Notes under the pieces: generated by a model
What the model was told of the DNA's origin: nothing
Seen by the model: the letters and a program-made list of their open reading frames with translations, nothing else
Databases searched by the model: none
IMG/VR virus record: IMGVR_UViG_3300036770_008715
Location: 76,074 to 140,073 of that record
DNA: 64,000 nucleotides
Reading direction: 5' to 3' (one strand)
Origin: a virus
Program-made: the position numbers and the translations under genes
Part shown: positions 10,720-18,996 of the stretch, one piece after another
Layout: every line of letters starts with the position of its first letter
How positions within the stretch are numbered: position 1 is the first letter of the stretch

Positions 10720-11380
10720 TGAAATCTAACCAAGTATGGGTTGGTTCTAAAGCTCGCCAAGCTGATAATGGCTTAACATTGAATTCAGGAAACGCTTCTT
10801 GCGCTACAATATGTATTACATTTGTTGCTATTCGTTCGCAGTTTCTTAAAAAAGGATCTAATTCATTATCAGCATAGGAGGTTAATACATCTTCAGTTAT
10901 GATATAATCGAATCGATTTATTTTCGTTTTTCTTTGAACGTCATTCATAAACCTCGGCGAACCAAGATCAATATCATGCACTGCGATAGTAGATTCAAGA
11001 CGTTTTTGTTGCTGAATATATCTTGAGTTATCAAATCCCCAAGCATTCATTTCTAGTTTGTTTAATTCTTCGACAAGGAATCCAAATGCGCAACCAGCAA
11101 CTAGAATAGTTGAACCTTCTGGTAAATTTAATCCGTTAACTATATTGGCAGCTCTTGTAGTAAACAGTGGATAATCCTCGAAGAATAATCGAGAATATGT
11201 CATATTATATCTGTCGTCTACTTGGGCTCGACTTGGCTCTGGTCTGGTTGGTGGATTCTGGCATTTGCAATAGAGCATTTCAGCTTTGGGGCAACGAGTC
11301 CACCCACTAGGATAAATGGGATCATACCTATGTTTTTTATAGGACCGCTTAAATCCCAACTCGTCCCAGTCGTATGCCAT
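10706..11380 (-). CDS. Class I SAM-dependent methyltransferase-like protein
   Basis: Motif I-like ILVAGCAFGFLV, GFDNS, then FDYIITEDVL; overlaps the start of the downstream gene by 14 nt. Confidence 0.7.
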   Translation of the reverse strand: MAYDWDELGFKRSYKKHRYDPIYPSGWTRCPKAEMLYCKCQNPPTRPEPSRAQVDDRYNMTYSRLFFEDYPLFTTRAANIVNGLNLPEGSTILVAGCAFGFLVEELNKLEMNAWGFDNSRYIQQQKRLESTIAVHDIDLGSPRFMNDVQRKTKINRFDYIITEDVLTSYADNELDPFLRNCERIATNVIHIVAQEAFPEFNVKPLSAWRALEPTHTWLDFNGNS

Positions 11381-11382
11381 GA

Positions 11383-11751
11383 TTATTGACCTGAGATTAC
11401 TATGCCAGGTCTAAACAAAAGAGTTGTTGAATTTAGGGCAAATCCAACATATAAAGCTCTAACTGTTGAGGATGGAGTTGGCGCTGAGGCAGTTAATGAC
11501 CCATCAGCTCCAAGAAAATATGCCGATGATGCAGTTAATCCAGTAAATCCAGCAACAACACCTTGGGCATAATAGACATTATTTTGTTTGAGAAGAATAG
11601 AATTTAATTGGGCCACTGAGTTATTATATGAGGCATCAACAACAGTATTACTTGTTGTAACTCGAACAATTCTACCATTAGTACCACCAGATAATCCTGG
11701 TACTGTAATTGCACTTGCTGTAACTAATGCAGTTGATTTGACGAATGCCAT
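11383..11751 (-). CDS. Small virion structural protein (fibre/decoration-like)
   Basis: 122 aa; QGVVAGFTGLTASSAYFL...VGFALNSTTLL resembles phage decoration/fibre beta modules. Confidence 0.5.
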   Translation of the reverse strand: MAFVKSTALVTASAITVPGLSGGTNGRIVRVTTSNTVVDASYNNSVAQLNSILLKQNNVYYAQGVVAGFTGLTASSAYFLGADGSLTASAPTPSSTVRALYVGFALNSTTLLFRPGIVISGQ

Positions 11752-12708
11752 TTAAATTCCTACCCTTGTTACTGTTATGTATGAATCAGAAGATATTGCG
11801 CCTGCCGATCCAGATTCTGCTGCTTCTACTCTTAGATAATCGTTAGTATTTAACTTAATAATTTCATCATATGAAATGAAATCATTTGGGCTAAGAGTTA
11901 TAGACTCTAGAGTCGAAGAATTATTCTTTCTAAGATTAATTGTATACGAATCAGTAGAACCGCCAGATTCAGTTGCAACATACAGCTGGACTCGATAATA
12001 TCCTGTTGTATATATTGAGACATTTGTCGATTGCTCAGAAGTCCAATATACGTTTCCTGAAACATCAGCATTAACATTAAACTCAGTATTATCCCATTGT
12101 ATTGCAGTATTAACATTGGTTAAATTTTCAACTGAGTTTAATTTGGTCTTGACACCGCTGAATAGGTTATATGTATTAAACGTTGTTGTCGATGCTGCAG
12201 ATCCAAATAGTGTAAACTCACAGATTGTATCTGTAGTTATAACGCCAGAAGCAGTCGACTCAGAAACAAATATTTCAACATAATCACCCAACCCAAAAAA
12301 GACAATTTCATCATAGACTGTAGCTTGGTTGGGGCCTGAGTTTGTGGTTGATATTACTGTCGTTCCATTCTTTTTAATTTCAATAGTATAGCTGTTACCA
12401 GAACCAGTCGATCCAGTAAAAAGATTTAGATGCACATTATAAAAGCCAGCATCTTTGGCTGTAAATCTAGTTGGGTTTAATGTAGAAAATAATTCGCCTT
12501 GATTATATTCAATTGAGCTCCAGCTAATAGCAGATGGAGTTGCGGCCAAATTAAGATTAGAAAGCAATTCAACTTTAGCTCCATTAAAGATTCTAAAGCT
12601 AGAACCTAGATAAGGCTCCCAGCCGAAGCCATTATATTTCCAGACCGTTCCGTTCTGATCAGAATATTGTTGGCCAATAGTTGGAGAAGCAGGAAATGAC
12701 AGTGGCAT
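11752..12708 (-). CDS. Virion protein with two C1q/TNF-like beta-sandwich repeats
   Basis: 318 aa; internal duplication (FxGxK..L...AIxW...E.N...GxYxVxL...SYTI...KN...YDEI.....DY) and N-terminal MPLSFPASP...WKYNGFGW module. Confidence 0.6.
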   Translation of the reverse strand: MPLSFPASPTIGQQYSDQNGTVWKYNGFGWEPYLGSSFRIFNGAKVELLSNLNLAATPSAISWSSIEYNQGELFSTLNPTRFTAKDAGFYNVHLNLFTGSTGSGNSYTIEIKKNGTTVISTTNSGPNQATVYDEIVFFGLGDYVEIFVSESTASGVITTDTICEFTLFGSAASTTTFNTYNLFSGVKTKLNSVENLTNVNTAIQWDNTEFNVNADVSGNVYWTSEQSTNVSIYTTGYYRVQLYVATESGGSTDSYTINLRKNNSSTLESITLSPNDFISYDEIIKLNTNDYLRVEAAESGSAGAISSDSYITVTRVGI

Positions 12709-13574
12709 TATGCTCTCCTGAAATAGAAAGTTATTTTTAAACCAGTGGCATCTGTGGCACCATCGTCAATATCAATTGTAAATCTGTCGTCTTCAACTAC
12801 AGTAGCATCAACAACTGTACTTTGAACTGCAGCATTATAAGAGCTCCAGTCACCTGGATCGATTGTTATTTTATTGGCGCCAAGAATAGAAGTGCCGTTT
12901 TTATTTACATCGACAGTTACAGTGCCCGATGTTGCAACGTTTGTTAGTGTAACCTTTGGGACCTGAGTCAGAATAAAATCAAATGGTGGCCTAAGAGTTG
13001 CTACATCTGTTCTGGCTGTTAATGGAGTTGTTTCATCAGACAAAGGATAGATAAAGAACTCGGGATAAAAAACTTTTGCAGTATATGTATTATTCAGACT
13101 ATCAACAATTGATATTGCTGAGTTAACGTTAGACCAAGTAAATGATACAATGTTTGCGCCAGGATCGCCTTTGTTTACTGGGTCTGAGAATAGAACCCAG
13201 GAGTTTGAAACTCCGTCGCTATAATAGATGTAGGACTTGGCTGTATTAGAATTAAACCAGACTTCACCGACTTTTGGCGAAGCTGGAACAGAATTGGCAA
13301 TGGTGAACTTACCATTATCGCCTGCTGGGCCTTGAGGTCCAACCGTTGTTGTAAACGCATCAACCCACTGATTTGATGTTCCATCGCTATAATAGATTTT
13401 TAGAACACCTTCGTTGCTTGAATACCAAAGTGAATTGGCCGAAACGTTGGCTGGAACTATGTCAGAAACAATGATATTGGCAGATCCTGTTCCTCCGCCT
13501 CCAAACACACCAATGCCGCCTGTTCGGATTTTTACCAATCCGACATCGGTTTCTGTCGAGACAGTTACCTTCAT
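12708..13574 (-). CDS. Fibre connector/structural protein
   Basis: 288 aa; two copies of VPA...W(Y/F)xS....KxYYSDGxSNxWV and short GPQGPAG collagen stubs. Confidence 0.55.
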   Translation of the reverse strand: MKVTVSTETDVGLVKIRTGGIGVFGGGGTGSANIIVSDIVPANVSANSLWYSSNEGVLKIYYSDGTSNQWVDAFTTTVGPQGPAGDNGKFTIANSVPASPKVGEVWFNSNTAKSYIYYSDGVSNSWVLFSDPVNKGDPGANIVSFTWSNVNSAISIVDSLNNTYTAKVFYPEFFIYPLSDETTPLTARTDVATLRPPFDFILTQVPKVTLTNVATSGTVTVDVNKNGTSILGANKITIDPGDWSSYNAAVQSTVVDATVVEDDRFTIDIDDGATDATGLKITFYFRRA

Positions 13575-13903
13575 TAGCGACTAACCTGTGGAGTAACTGT
13601 AATTATCCCTTCAATAATTCTAGTTGTGGTATTACCTGATGTCATCTTAAGATCGTAGAGATAACGGCCAGCCTTGATATTAGCTGTCTGTTCAGCTGGC
13701 AGCGATAAAGAAATTTTTGCATTAGCTTGGCTAACAACAGAAACTATAAGATTCGCAGTAGCTGAAGTGGAATAATAAGACTTTCTTATTTGAGATTGGA
13801 ACGTTGCATCAGCTATATTTACTGGAGTGCCATCGTCATTTGCAAGATCCAGTGATGCTAGAAACGTTGCGCCTTGGTCTAAAGTTAGCTCTGCATAAGC
13901 CAT
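13574..13903 (-). CDS. Conserved T4-like virion structural protein (fibre attachment, BppU-like fold)
   Basis: LDQGATF...SQIRKSYYS...QTANIKAGRYLYDL...TRIIEGIITVTPQV, a signature common in T4-like myoviruses; preceded by TATAAATA. Confidence 0.75.
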   Translation of the reverse strand: MAYAELTLDQGATFLASLDLANDDGTPVNIADATFQSQIRKSYYSTSATANLIVSVVSQANAKISLSLPAEQTANIKAGRYLYDLKMTSGNTTTRIIEGIITVTPQVSR

Positions 13904-13935
13904 TCTGCTTCTCTGGGATGATTATAAGATATTTC

Positions 13936-13943
13936 TATTTATA
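13936..13943 (-). promoter_or_regulatory. T4-type late promoter TATAAATA
   Basis: Exact TATAAATA on the minus strand about 33 nt upstream of the 13903 start; gp33 is encoded in the window. Confidence 0.7.
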
Positions 13944-14537
13944 TCACCTGAACTTTGGGCCTGCAATCCAAACAACCAAAGACCGTCTTGTTCCTGCTGT
14001 CACTGGGGTTACCCTGTGCATTAAATAGCTAGGAAACGCATATACTAGTCCACGTTCTTTTTTGGCCACAGTAGATTCATTACTCGTAAAGAACTCTAAA
14101 TCTCCACCATCATATTCTTCAGGGTCGGATAATTGCAATATAAGCGATAACTTTCTTGGGGATGTATTTTTAATACCCATATCCATATGCCAAGTGTAAT
14201 GATCATTAGATCCAGAAGAATATACAGTATATTGCAAATCTTCAACAAACCCAAAAAGATCAAAATCAAAAAACTGTCCATTCAATTGATTGGCAATATA
14301 GGATAAACGATCATACACATATGAAGTTTCATTTGTGCATGGAATCCAAGAAATTGTAGATTTTCGTAAAGCTGGATCTTCAACTCCATTATCGGTATAT
14401 GCATCAAACTTATCGAAAGTTTCGCATACTGTTATGATTCTATTGAGCTCGAATTCTGAGAATCCACCTTCCCAATAAGCAAATCCATTTTGCAACCCTA
14501 AAACGTCAGGCGAAGGAACCATTTTATATACTGACAT
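13944..14537 (-). CDS. 2OG-Fe(II) oxygenase (prolyl-4-hydroxylase/PKHD-like)
   Basis: YTWHMD (HxD), RKLSLILQLSDPEEYDGGDLEF, FPSYLMHRVTPVTAGTRRSLVVW. The start is probably the ATG at 14537, overlapping the upstream TAA. Confidence 0.9.
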   Translation of the reverse strand: MSVYKMVPSPDVLGLQNGFAYWEGGFSEFELNRIITVCETFDKFDAYTDNGVEDPALRKSTISWIPCTNETSYVYDRLSYIANQLNGQFFDFDLFGFVEDLQYTVYSSGSNDHYTWHMDMGIKNTSPRKLSLILQLSDPEEYDGGDLEFFTSNESTVAKKERGLVYAFPSYLMHRVTPVTAGTRRSLVVWIAGPKFR

Positions 14538-15253
14538 TATTTTCTCTCCCATATTGTATCTCGATAATGAGATTCGTGTGATTGTAATTTTCTGCGAGTT
14601 TTTGATAAAACTTCGTTGTCTTTATCGCTGAGTTTGTTACATTTATGTTTTTTAATTGCTACATCTCTTTTGTATGGAATAGCCTGGACTAGTGGTGTTC
14701 CTGCTCTTATGATCCCAGTGTAGTTTGGGATATTAAATAAAAATGGGAAATTGACATATTCAAAATACCCATCAACATCAACTAAACCAGACATACAAGT
14801 AAATCGATAATCAGGCCTATTTAATGGTGGAACAAATAAAACTGAGTATCCCTTTGGTACTCGTATCATCCAATGATTTATAAATTTCATTGGAGGTTTT
14901 GGAAGTTCTGGGTGCGGAACTTTATCTGATGAGATTTGAGTATATGAATGGTTCTCTATTAGATTTTTATAGAATGTCCATGTGTAGGTTACGCCACTAA
15001 CATCATCATTACTTGTTATTTCAACATCACCAGCTAATGGAATAATCCAACCTATTGACATAGCATCAAGAAAAGGTGGACATCTTTTTATTGTGCTATT
15101 CTTTAATTTTTGCTTACCATCAACTTTTGGTGGTAGAGCTTTGTACCATTCAGGTAAAAGTTTTCGAGAGGGATATGGTTCAGGAATTACACCATAATCT
15201 TCTTCTGCACACAAAAATTCAATCTCAGGCGTCTTGATAAAAGACTTAAACAT
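14537..15253 (-). CDS. DUF6065-like protein
   Basis: PEWYK...TIKRCPPFLDAMSIGWII...KFINHW.I.VPKGYSVLF.PPLN...GLVDVD...VNFPF...AGTPLVQAIPYKR, a family often found beside phage 2OG oxygenases. Confidence 0.7.
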   Translation of the reverse strand: MFKSFIKTPEIEFLCAEEDYGVIPEPYPSRKLLPEWYKALPPKVDGKQKLKNSTIKRCPPFLDAMSIGWIIPLAGDVEITSNDDVSGVTYTWTFYKNLIENHSYTQISSDKVPHPELPKPPMKFINHWMIRVPKGYSVLFVPPLNRPDYRFTCMSGLVDVDGYFEYVNFPFLFNIPNYTGIIRAGTPLVQAIPYKRDVAIKKHKCNKLSDKDNEVLSKTRRKLQSHESHYRDTIWERK

Positions 15254-15263
15254 AATGCCTCCA

Positions 15264-18215
15264 TTATTGACTTGCCCAACTCACCGTCACAGATCCTCCG
15301 CTAGCACCAGTACCAACAGTAATAGCTAAAAGTGCCCCAACGCTTATAGTCTTATTTATAGTTCTAATTCCATTACCTGGAGCCCCAAAGTCACCAACTC
15401 CTCCAGCACCACCAACTGTTGCGCCAGTTCCATTTGCACCAGCAGTACCAGCAGTGCCAGCAGCACCAGCATTACCAGCTTGACTCGGCCAACTAGTTGG
15501 TGCCGCTCCACCTGGGTTTCCTGGTGTGGCACCAGTACCAGCTGCGCCATTTGTACCAGCAGTACCTGCAGTACCTGCTACTCCAGCTTGACTTGGCCAA
15601 GTTGTTGGAGCAGCACCACCTGAGTTTCCTGGTGTGGCACCAGTACCAGCTGCGCCATTCGTACCAGCAGTACCTGCAGTACCTGCTACTCCAGCTTTAC
15701 CAGTCCAGTTTGTTGGTGCTGCTCCTCCTGGATTACCAGAAGTTGCACCAGTACCAGCTGCTCCGTTTGTGCCAGCAGTACCTGCAGTACCAGCAACTCC
15801 AGCTTTACCAGTCCAGTTTGTTGGTGCTGCTCCTCCTGGATTACCAGAAGTTGCTCCAGTACCAGCTGCGCCATTCGTACCAGCAGTACCTGCAGTACCT
15901 GCTACTCCAGCTTTACCAGTCCAGTTTGTTGGTGCTGCGCCCCCAGAAGTTGCTCCAGTACCAGCAGCACCTGTTGTTCCAGCATTTCCTGGACCTCCTG
16001 CTCCGCCAGAACCCCCTGGGTTGGCTGAACCAGGACCAACTGCACCAGTGCCAGCTCCACCAGCAGATCCAACATTTGATCCACCAGTACCAGCAGTTCC
16101 AGCTACTCCGCCACTTCCAGAGAAATAAGATGTTGTGGGTGTAGGAAAACCTGTGACAGATATACCATAACCACCGCCTGCGCCGCCACCACCTCCACCG
16201 CCACTACCAACTCCCCCTGAGGTTCCAACTCCTCCTGGATTTCCAGCAGTTCCAGCGTTCCCGCCAGGTCCAAAGGCACCGTTGGTTCCTGCTGTTCCTG
16301 GGTTACCAGCAGCACCTTTAGTTCCTGGATTTCCAGCAGCACCAGCAGTTCCAGCATTACCTCCTGGACCAAACGCCCCATTGGTTCCTGCTGTTCCTGG
16401 GTTACCAGCAGCACCTTGAGTTCCTGGATTTCCAGCAGCACCAGCAGTTCCAGCGTTCCCGCCAGGTCCAAAGGCACCGTTGGTTCCTGCTGTTCCTGGG
16501 TTACCAGCAGCACCTTGAGTTCCTGGGTTTCCTGCTGCACCAGCAGTTCCAGCAGTTCCACCAGGTCCAAATGCTCCATTGGTTCCAGGATTACCAGCGT
16601 TTCCTGCGCCACCTTGCGTTCCTGGGTTTCCTGCTGCACCAGCATTACCTGCTGTACCTCCTGGACCGAAAGCACCACCTTCCCCATTATTTCCTGGATT
16701 TCCTGGGTTTCCAGCAGTACCTGGGTTGCCAGCATTACCAGCATTACCAGCAGCGCCGCCTGCACCGCCAAAAAAAGTTATACTAGTTAATGTTGTTCCT
16801 GTAGATTGAACTACTGATGATGGATTTCCTGGGATACCAGCCGTTCCTGCACCCCCAACACTTCCATCTTTACCGCTCCAAGAAGTAGGAGCTGCTCCTC
16901 CTGAGGTAGCGCCAGTACCAGCAGTACCAGGGCTACCACTAGCTCCTACGCTACCAGCAGAACCAGCAGATCCAGATTGACTTGGCCAAGTTGTTGGAGC
17001 AGCACCACCTGGGTTACCAGAAGTTGCTCCAGTACCAGCTGCGCCATTTGTACCAGCGGAACCAGCAGTACCTGCTACTCCAGCTTTGCTTGGCCAAGTT
17101 GTTGGAGCAGCACCACCTGGGTTACCAGAAGTTGCTCCAGTACCAGCTGCGCCATTTGTACCAGCAGTACCTGCAGTACCAGCAACTCCAGCTTTACCAG
17201 TCCAGTTTGTTGGTGCTGCTCCACCTGGGTTACCCGAAGTTGCTCCAGTACCAGCAGTTCCATTTGTTCCTGCAGAACCTGCCGATCCTGCTGCACCAGC
17301 TTTGCTTGGCCAATTAGTTGGTGCTGCTCCTCCTGGATTACCAGAAGTTGCTCCAGTACCAGCTGCTCCGTTTGTACCAGCGGAACCAGCAGTACCTGCA
17401 CCCCCTGGGCTGCCTGCTGTACCAGTACCACCGCCTCCTCCTCCGCCGCCTTCACCACCGCCACCGCCAGACCATGGCCCCCCATTACCAACGCTACCAC
17501 CAGGTCCACCATTTCCACCACGGCCACCACCTGGAGTTCCTGCATTTCCTGCTGTGGATCCACCAGCACCGCCTGCACTAGTGTTCGAAGTTAGCCCTGA
17601 TGCGCCAGCATTACCTGGATTTCCTGACGGCGTGGCACCAGCGCCACCAGTGCCTCCGCCACCACCAGATCCTGCTCCTCCTACAAATCCATTACTTCCA
17701 GCTGAACCGCCATTCCCACCACTGCCGCCCGAGCCTCCAGCACCGCCAGCGCCGCCTGCACCGTTAGTTCCTGGGTTACCTGCAGCTCCTTGAGTTCCTG
17801 GATTTCCAGCAGCACCAGCAGTTCCAGCAGTTCCACCAGGTCCAAATGCTCCATTGGTTCCAGGATTACCAGCATTACCTGCAGCTCCTTGGTTTCCAGG
17901 GTTACCAGCAGCACCAGCAGCACCAGCAGTTCCACCAGGTCCAAATGCACCGTTGGTACCAGGATTGCCAGCATTACCTGCAGCTCCTTGAGTTCCAGGA
18001 TTGCCAGCGTTGCCTGCAGACCCAGCATTTCCACCAGGGCCGAAAACGCCATTAGTTCCTGGAGTTCCTGGGTTTCCAGTTCCTCCTCTTCCTCCAGTGC
18101 CAGAAATAGTAACTTTTCTAACACCAAAAGGCACTACCCATCCAGTGCTACTATTAAAAGTTTGAGACCCCGCTTTGACTCGCGTTCGAAGCAGAGTGGA
18201 GGAACCTAACGGCAT
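15264..18215 (-). CDS. Giant glycine-rich (polyglycine-II-type, G-X-X) protein
   Basis: 983 aa; a Gly-rich-domain scaffold (TFNSSTGWVVPFGVRKVTI...GG; SSV...ITFFGGAGG; ITVG...GSVTVSW) with expanded FGPGG- and AAPTxW-containing repeats. Confidence 0.8.
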   Translation of the reverse strand: MPLGSSTLLRTRVKAGSQTFNSSTGWVVPFGVRKVTISGTGGRGGTGNPGTPGTNGVFGPGGNAGSAGNAGNPGTQGAAGNAGNPGTNGAFGPGGTAGAAGAAGNPGNQGAAGNAGNPGTNGAFGPGGTAGTAGAAGNPGTQGAAGNPGTNGAGGAGGAGGSGGSGGNGGSAGSNGFVGGAGSGGGGGTGGAGATPSGNPGNAGASGLTSNTSAGGAGGSTAGNAGTPGGGRGGNGGPGGSVGNGGPWSGGGGGEGGGGGGGGTGTAGSPGGAGTAGSAGTNGAAGTGATSGNPGGAAPTNWPSKAGAAGSAGSAGTNGTAGTGATSGNPGGAAPTNWTGKAGVAGTAGTAGTNGAAGTGATSGNPGGAAPTTWPSKAGVAGTAGSAGTNGAAGTGATSGNPGGAAPTTWPSQSGSAGSAGSVGASGSPGTAGTGATSGGAAPTSWSGKDGSVGGAGTAGIPGNPSSVVQSTGTTLTSITFFGGAGGAAGNAGNAGNPGTAGNPGNPGNNGEGGAFGPGGTAGNAGAAGNPGTQGGAGNAGNPGTNGAFGPGGTAGTAGAAGNPGTQGAAGNPGTAGTNGAFGPGGNAGTAGAAGNPGTQGAAGNPGTAGTNGAFGPGGNAGTAGAAGNPGTKGAAGNPGTAGTNGAFGPGGNAGTAGNPGGVGTSGGVGSGGGGGGGAGGGYGISVTGFPTPTTSYFSGSGGVAGTAGTGGSNVGSAGGAGTGAVGPGSANPGGSGGAGGPGNAGTTGAAGTGATSGGAAPTNWTGKAGVAGTAGTAGTNGAAGTGATSGNPGGAAPTNWTGKAGVAGTAGTAGTNGAAGTGATSGNPGGAAPTNWTGKAGVAGTAGTAGTNGAAGTGATPGNSGGAAPTTWPSQAGVAGTAGTAGTNGAAGTGATPGNPGGAAPTSWPSQAGNAGAAGTAGTAGANGTGATVGGAGGVGDFGAPGNGIRTINKTISVGALLAITVGTGASGGSVTVSWASQ

Positions 18216-18233
18216 TTTTTACCCTACTGGAAA

Positions 18234-18557
18234 TTATACCAGATGTTTATTGGCAATCAGAGATGAATTTCTAAGCTCATCAATACCAACTGCACATTCA
18301 ATATCAACTTCAAAATCGTCATAGCAATTTTTCCAGGTTACAATTGGGAAATTGGAAAATGTTTTTTGACCATCTTTCCAAGTCCAAGTACCAAGAGCAT
18401 CGAAAACGCCAGAATGTTGGCTGTTATCAAAATATGCTAGAATTGAAGCAGTGATTCCACTTGATTCTAGTAATTCTTTAGCTTGGTAACACTCATAGGC
18501 TTTATCAGTAAAGCCCATGTAGATGTGAACCTCTTTAATTTTGACTAAATTAGCCAT
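18234..18557 (-). CDS. Glutaredoxin/thioredoxin-fold-like small protein
   Basis: VHIY...YECYQAKELLESSGI...FPIV...GIDEL follows glutaredoxin topology but lacks CxxC. Confidence 0.45.
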   Translation of the reverse strand: MANLVKIKEVHIYMGFTDKAYECYQAKELLESSGITASILAYFDNSQHSGVFDALGTWTWKDGQKTFSNFPIVTWKNCYDDFEVDIECAVGIDELRNSSLIANKHLV

Positions 18558-18570
18558 TTAATTAGACCCC

Positions 18571-18984
18571 CTATTTTCCGAGATTTGCTAATGAGTGAGA
18601 AGCGTAATAAGTTTGACCACCATCGAAAGTGATCAGATTAATCACATCAGCATAATTAGATTTTTTTGCGAGCACTGGTACTTCGTTAAAAGACCAGAGC
18701 ACGTTTTCAGGAAACACGACTTTACGGTTTCCAACATGATCTTGTTTAATCACGAGAACAGCAGAATAAGAATAGTCTGGTTCAGGTAGATTATCAAAAA
18801 CGATATTCACAACACTATTTCGAAGAGTAATATTAAAGATATTCGAACCACTCAGATCTAAAACCAGATAATTATCATCTGCTGATAGTTTCTGAATTTT
18901 TTCGCGATATGATTTAAGAACGCCATCGAATTCTTCATTTTTAGAATTCTTTCTAAATTCGACAACGTTATCTACTGTTTTCAT
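18571..18984 (-). CDS. Stand-alone copy of a fibre-tip domain
   Basis: LDLSGSNIFNITL...IKQD..GNRKV.FP.NV.W....PVL...DVI...DGG, homologous to the C-terminus of 18997..20727. Confidence 0.65.
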   Translation of the reverse strand: MKTVDNVVEFRKNSKNEEFDGVLKSYREKIQKLSADDNYLVLDLSGSNIFNITLRNSVVNIVFDNLPEPDYSYSAVLVIKQDHVGNRKVVFPENVLWSFNEVPVLAKKSNYADVINLITFDGGQTYYASHSLANLGK

Positions 18985-18996
18985 TTAACTTCTCCA

